In this document: in pieces, positions 22,465 through 24,094 of the stretch | How the letters are laid out: the number at the start of each line of letters is the position of its first letter | How positions within the stretch are numbered: the stretch's first letter is position 1 | Source of the DNA: a virus | Lineage: Duplodnaviria > Caudoviricetes | DNA length: 24,094 nucleotides | Virus record (IMG/VR): IMGVR_UViG_3300023184_000512 | Location: 1 to 24,094 of that record | Direction: 5' to 3' (one strand) | Notes under the pieces: generated by a model | The model's database searches: none | The model's input: only the letters and a program-made list of their open reading frames with translations | Told to the model about the DNA's origin: nothing | Program-made: the position numbers and the translations under genes

Positions 22465-24094
22465 TGGCTATTACTACAACTAAACCTCCACGCAGTCAAT
22501 ATTTTCAAGAGTTCACCACATCAGGTACATGGACAGCGCCTTCAGGTGTTAACACAGTAGAAGTTCTTGCCGTTGCAGGTGGCGGTGGCGGTGGCGGGGG
22601 CGGTTGCTCAATGGGTGGAACTGGAAGCCTTGGCAATACAACTGCTCGTCCATCAGGACGCGGTGGCGGTGGCGGGGGCGGTGGAGAAGTTGTTCTTCGC
22701 AGACTCTCTGTTACACCAAATACTGCTTACACAGTAACTATTGGTGCAGGTGGCACAGGCGCAACAGTTGGTAGTACAACTCCAAGTATTCTCTATAACG
22801 CATTTCCAAATGGAGACTTTGCTGCTGCAAACGTCACAAACTGGTCAGCAACAGGCGGTACTATCGCTCATTCTAATACTACTGCCGTAGGAGTAGGTTC
22901 GAGTGGTCAGATGAATTTTACTGCCACTACAGGTGCTTTAAGCCTAACTTACGATTCAACCACTGGTCTTACTATTCCATTTTCAACAATCGCAGGGGAT
23001 AACTTTACTTTTAATTTTGCTTGGTACAATAACAGTGGTTCTACTGTAACTTACAATTTTACGCCGACAATTGCTTGGTACAACGCTTCAACTTTATTAC
23101 GCACTGATACTGGTATTACTGGCTCTTATGCTGTTGCTGCGACACAGGCTTCTCACTACGCATTTAATTCTTCAGGTGGAGACTTTGGAACAACAGCGCA
23201 AACTAGCGGTGTTCCATCAACTGCCACACGGTTTATTTTAACATTAAACTGGACTCAGAATACTGCGGGTAACGTATACTTTGATGGCTTTTTATTAGGT
23301 TCATCTCGTTACTTAAATACTACTGTTAATAGTTCTTCTACTAATAATCATTGGCTTGACCCAACAGTTAACACAGGTCTTGGACTTGCATGGCAAGGCA
23401 CTGCAAATGCTTCACCTATTTTAACTGTTCCTTTTGGCGGTCAAGCATTAACAGCACCATATGGGCGCCGTGGTAATAATGGTTCAAATGGTGGTAATAC
23501 TTCATTTGGTTCACTACTTACAACTCTCGGCGGTGGTGGCGGGGGCGGTGGTTCTATGGCTGCCGAAGGTATGAATCTCACTGGTGCAACTAAATATTAT
23601 AAATTATTTGCTTCTAGTTCGGGTGATTATGTATATGGCGGAGCATTAAACGGTGGCAATGGCGGTGGCGCAGGTGGCGGTGGGTCGGTTGGCAACAACG
23701 GCGCCGATTCCAGCAATTATGCTGGTGTTGGCGGGGGCGGTAATGGTGGATACACATTTTTTATGGCGTCTATAACTAGCAACTCTACAACACTACCTAT
23801 TACACGCGGTTCTCTATCATCATATGCAACTACTGGCTTCCGTGGTTACGGTGGGGCAGTAACTACTGGTTCTAATGCCATATCATCGCCATATATTACT
23901 TATTCAACCAGCCATCCAATTGTTGGTGCTGAAGGTTTATATGGTTATGGCTACGGCGGTTCAGGCGGTGGCGGTGGTGGCATTGTAAACAGCAATACTG
24001 ATGTTGTTACACGCAGAGGTGTTTCTGAGTTTTTTCCAACAAACTATTTAAGCGCTGCTGGTGGTCTTGGTGGACTCAATGGCGCAGCAGGAGT
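22464..24094 (+). CDS. Glycine-rich virion/fibre protein, 3'-truncated by window
   Basis: ATG overlaps the upstream TAA. Reads MAITTTKPPRSQYFQEFTTSGTWTAPSGVNTVEVLAVAGGGGGGGG. Absent from the ORF track, consistent with no stop before the window end. Has a non-Gly-rich insert starting near NAFPNGDF (carbohydrate-binding-like, inferred). Confidence 0.8.
   Translation, partial: MAITTTKPPRSQYFQEFTTSGTWTAPSGVNTVEVLAVAGGGGGGGGGCSMGGTGSLGNTTARPSGRGGGGGGGGEVVLRRLSVTPNTAYTVTIGAGGTGATVGSTTPSILYNAFPNGDFAAANVTNWSATGGTIAHSNTTAVGVGSSGQMNFTATTGALSLTYDSTTGLTIPFSTIAGDNFTFNFAWYNNSGSTVTYNFTPTIAWYNASTLLRTDTGITGSYAVAATQASHYAFNSSGGDFGTTAQTSGVPSTATRFILTLNWTQNTAGNVYFDGFLLGSSRYLNTTVNSSSTNNHWLDPTVNTGLGLAWQGTANASPILTVPFGGQALTAPYGRRGNNGSNGGNTSFGSLLTTLGGGGGGGGSMAAEGMNLTGATKYYKLFASSSGDYVYGGALNGGNGGGAGGGGSVGNNGADSSNYAGVGGGGNGGYTFFMASITSNSTTLPITRGSLSSYATTGFRGYGGAVTTGSNAISSPYITYSTSHPIVGAEGLYGYGYGGSGGGGGGIVNSNTDVVTRRGVSEFFPTNYLSAAGGLGGLNGAAG

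Noticed and set aside
1-24094. tRNA/rRNA genes, integrase, transposase, intein, reverse transcriptase/DGR, recoded stop codons
   Set aside because: No supporting motifs seen; genes tile densely under the standard code.

Overview
Head/virion-morphogenesis region of a tailed dsDNA phage, with all real genes on the + strand. An actinobacterial host is a weak inference from apparently leaderless genes and the style of the virion proteins. Gene order: 3' end of a MuF (gpF-like) minor head protein; a ~8.5 kb cluster of effector genes and polyproteins; an XkdF-type prohead protease; a block of collagen and glycine-rich fibre/decoration genes; scaffold; DUF2190-like capsid decoration protein; major capsid protein; further virion proteins. 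The main observation is a His-rich peptide tag, consensus (hydrophobic)-x-K-H-x(2-4)-H-D-Q-x-x-H-G-x-W-A, present 11 times in 5 ORFs. Ten copies directly precede a distinct cargo domain: 2 GNAT-like, 1 HExxH peptidase, 3 ADP-ribosyltransferase-like, 1 HDxxGH zincin-like, 1 ParB/Srx-like, 1 RelA/SpoT-like nucleotidyltransferase and 1 unknown. Candidate antidotes are hidden in unusual places: an out-of-frame gene nested in the 1406-aa polyprotein, an unannotated 48-aa ORF, short N-terminal leaders of the next gene, and an immunity-like domain fused to the prohead protease behind its own near-consensus sigma70-type promoter. Together this suggests a tag-addressed, protease-processed, capsid-packaged effector arsenal. 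All family assignments are by motif recognition only; no searches were run.
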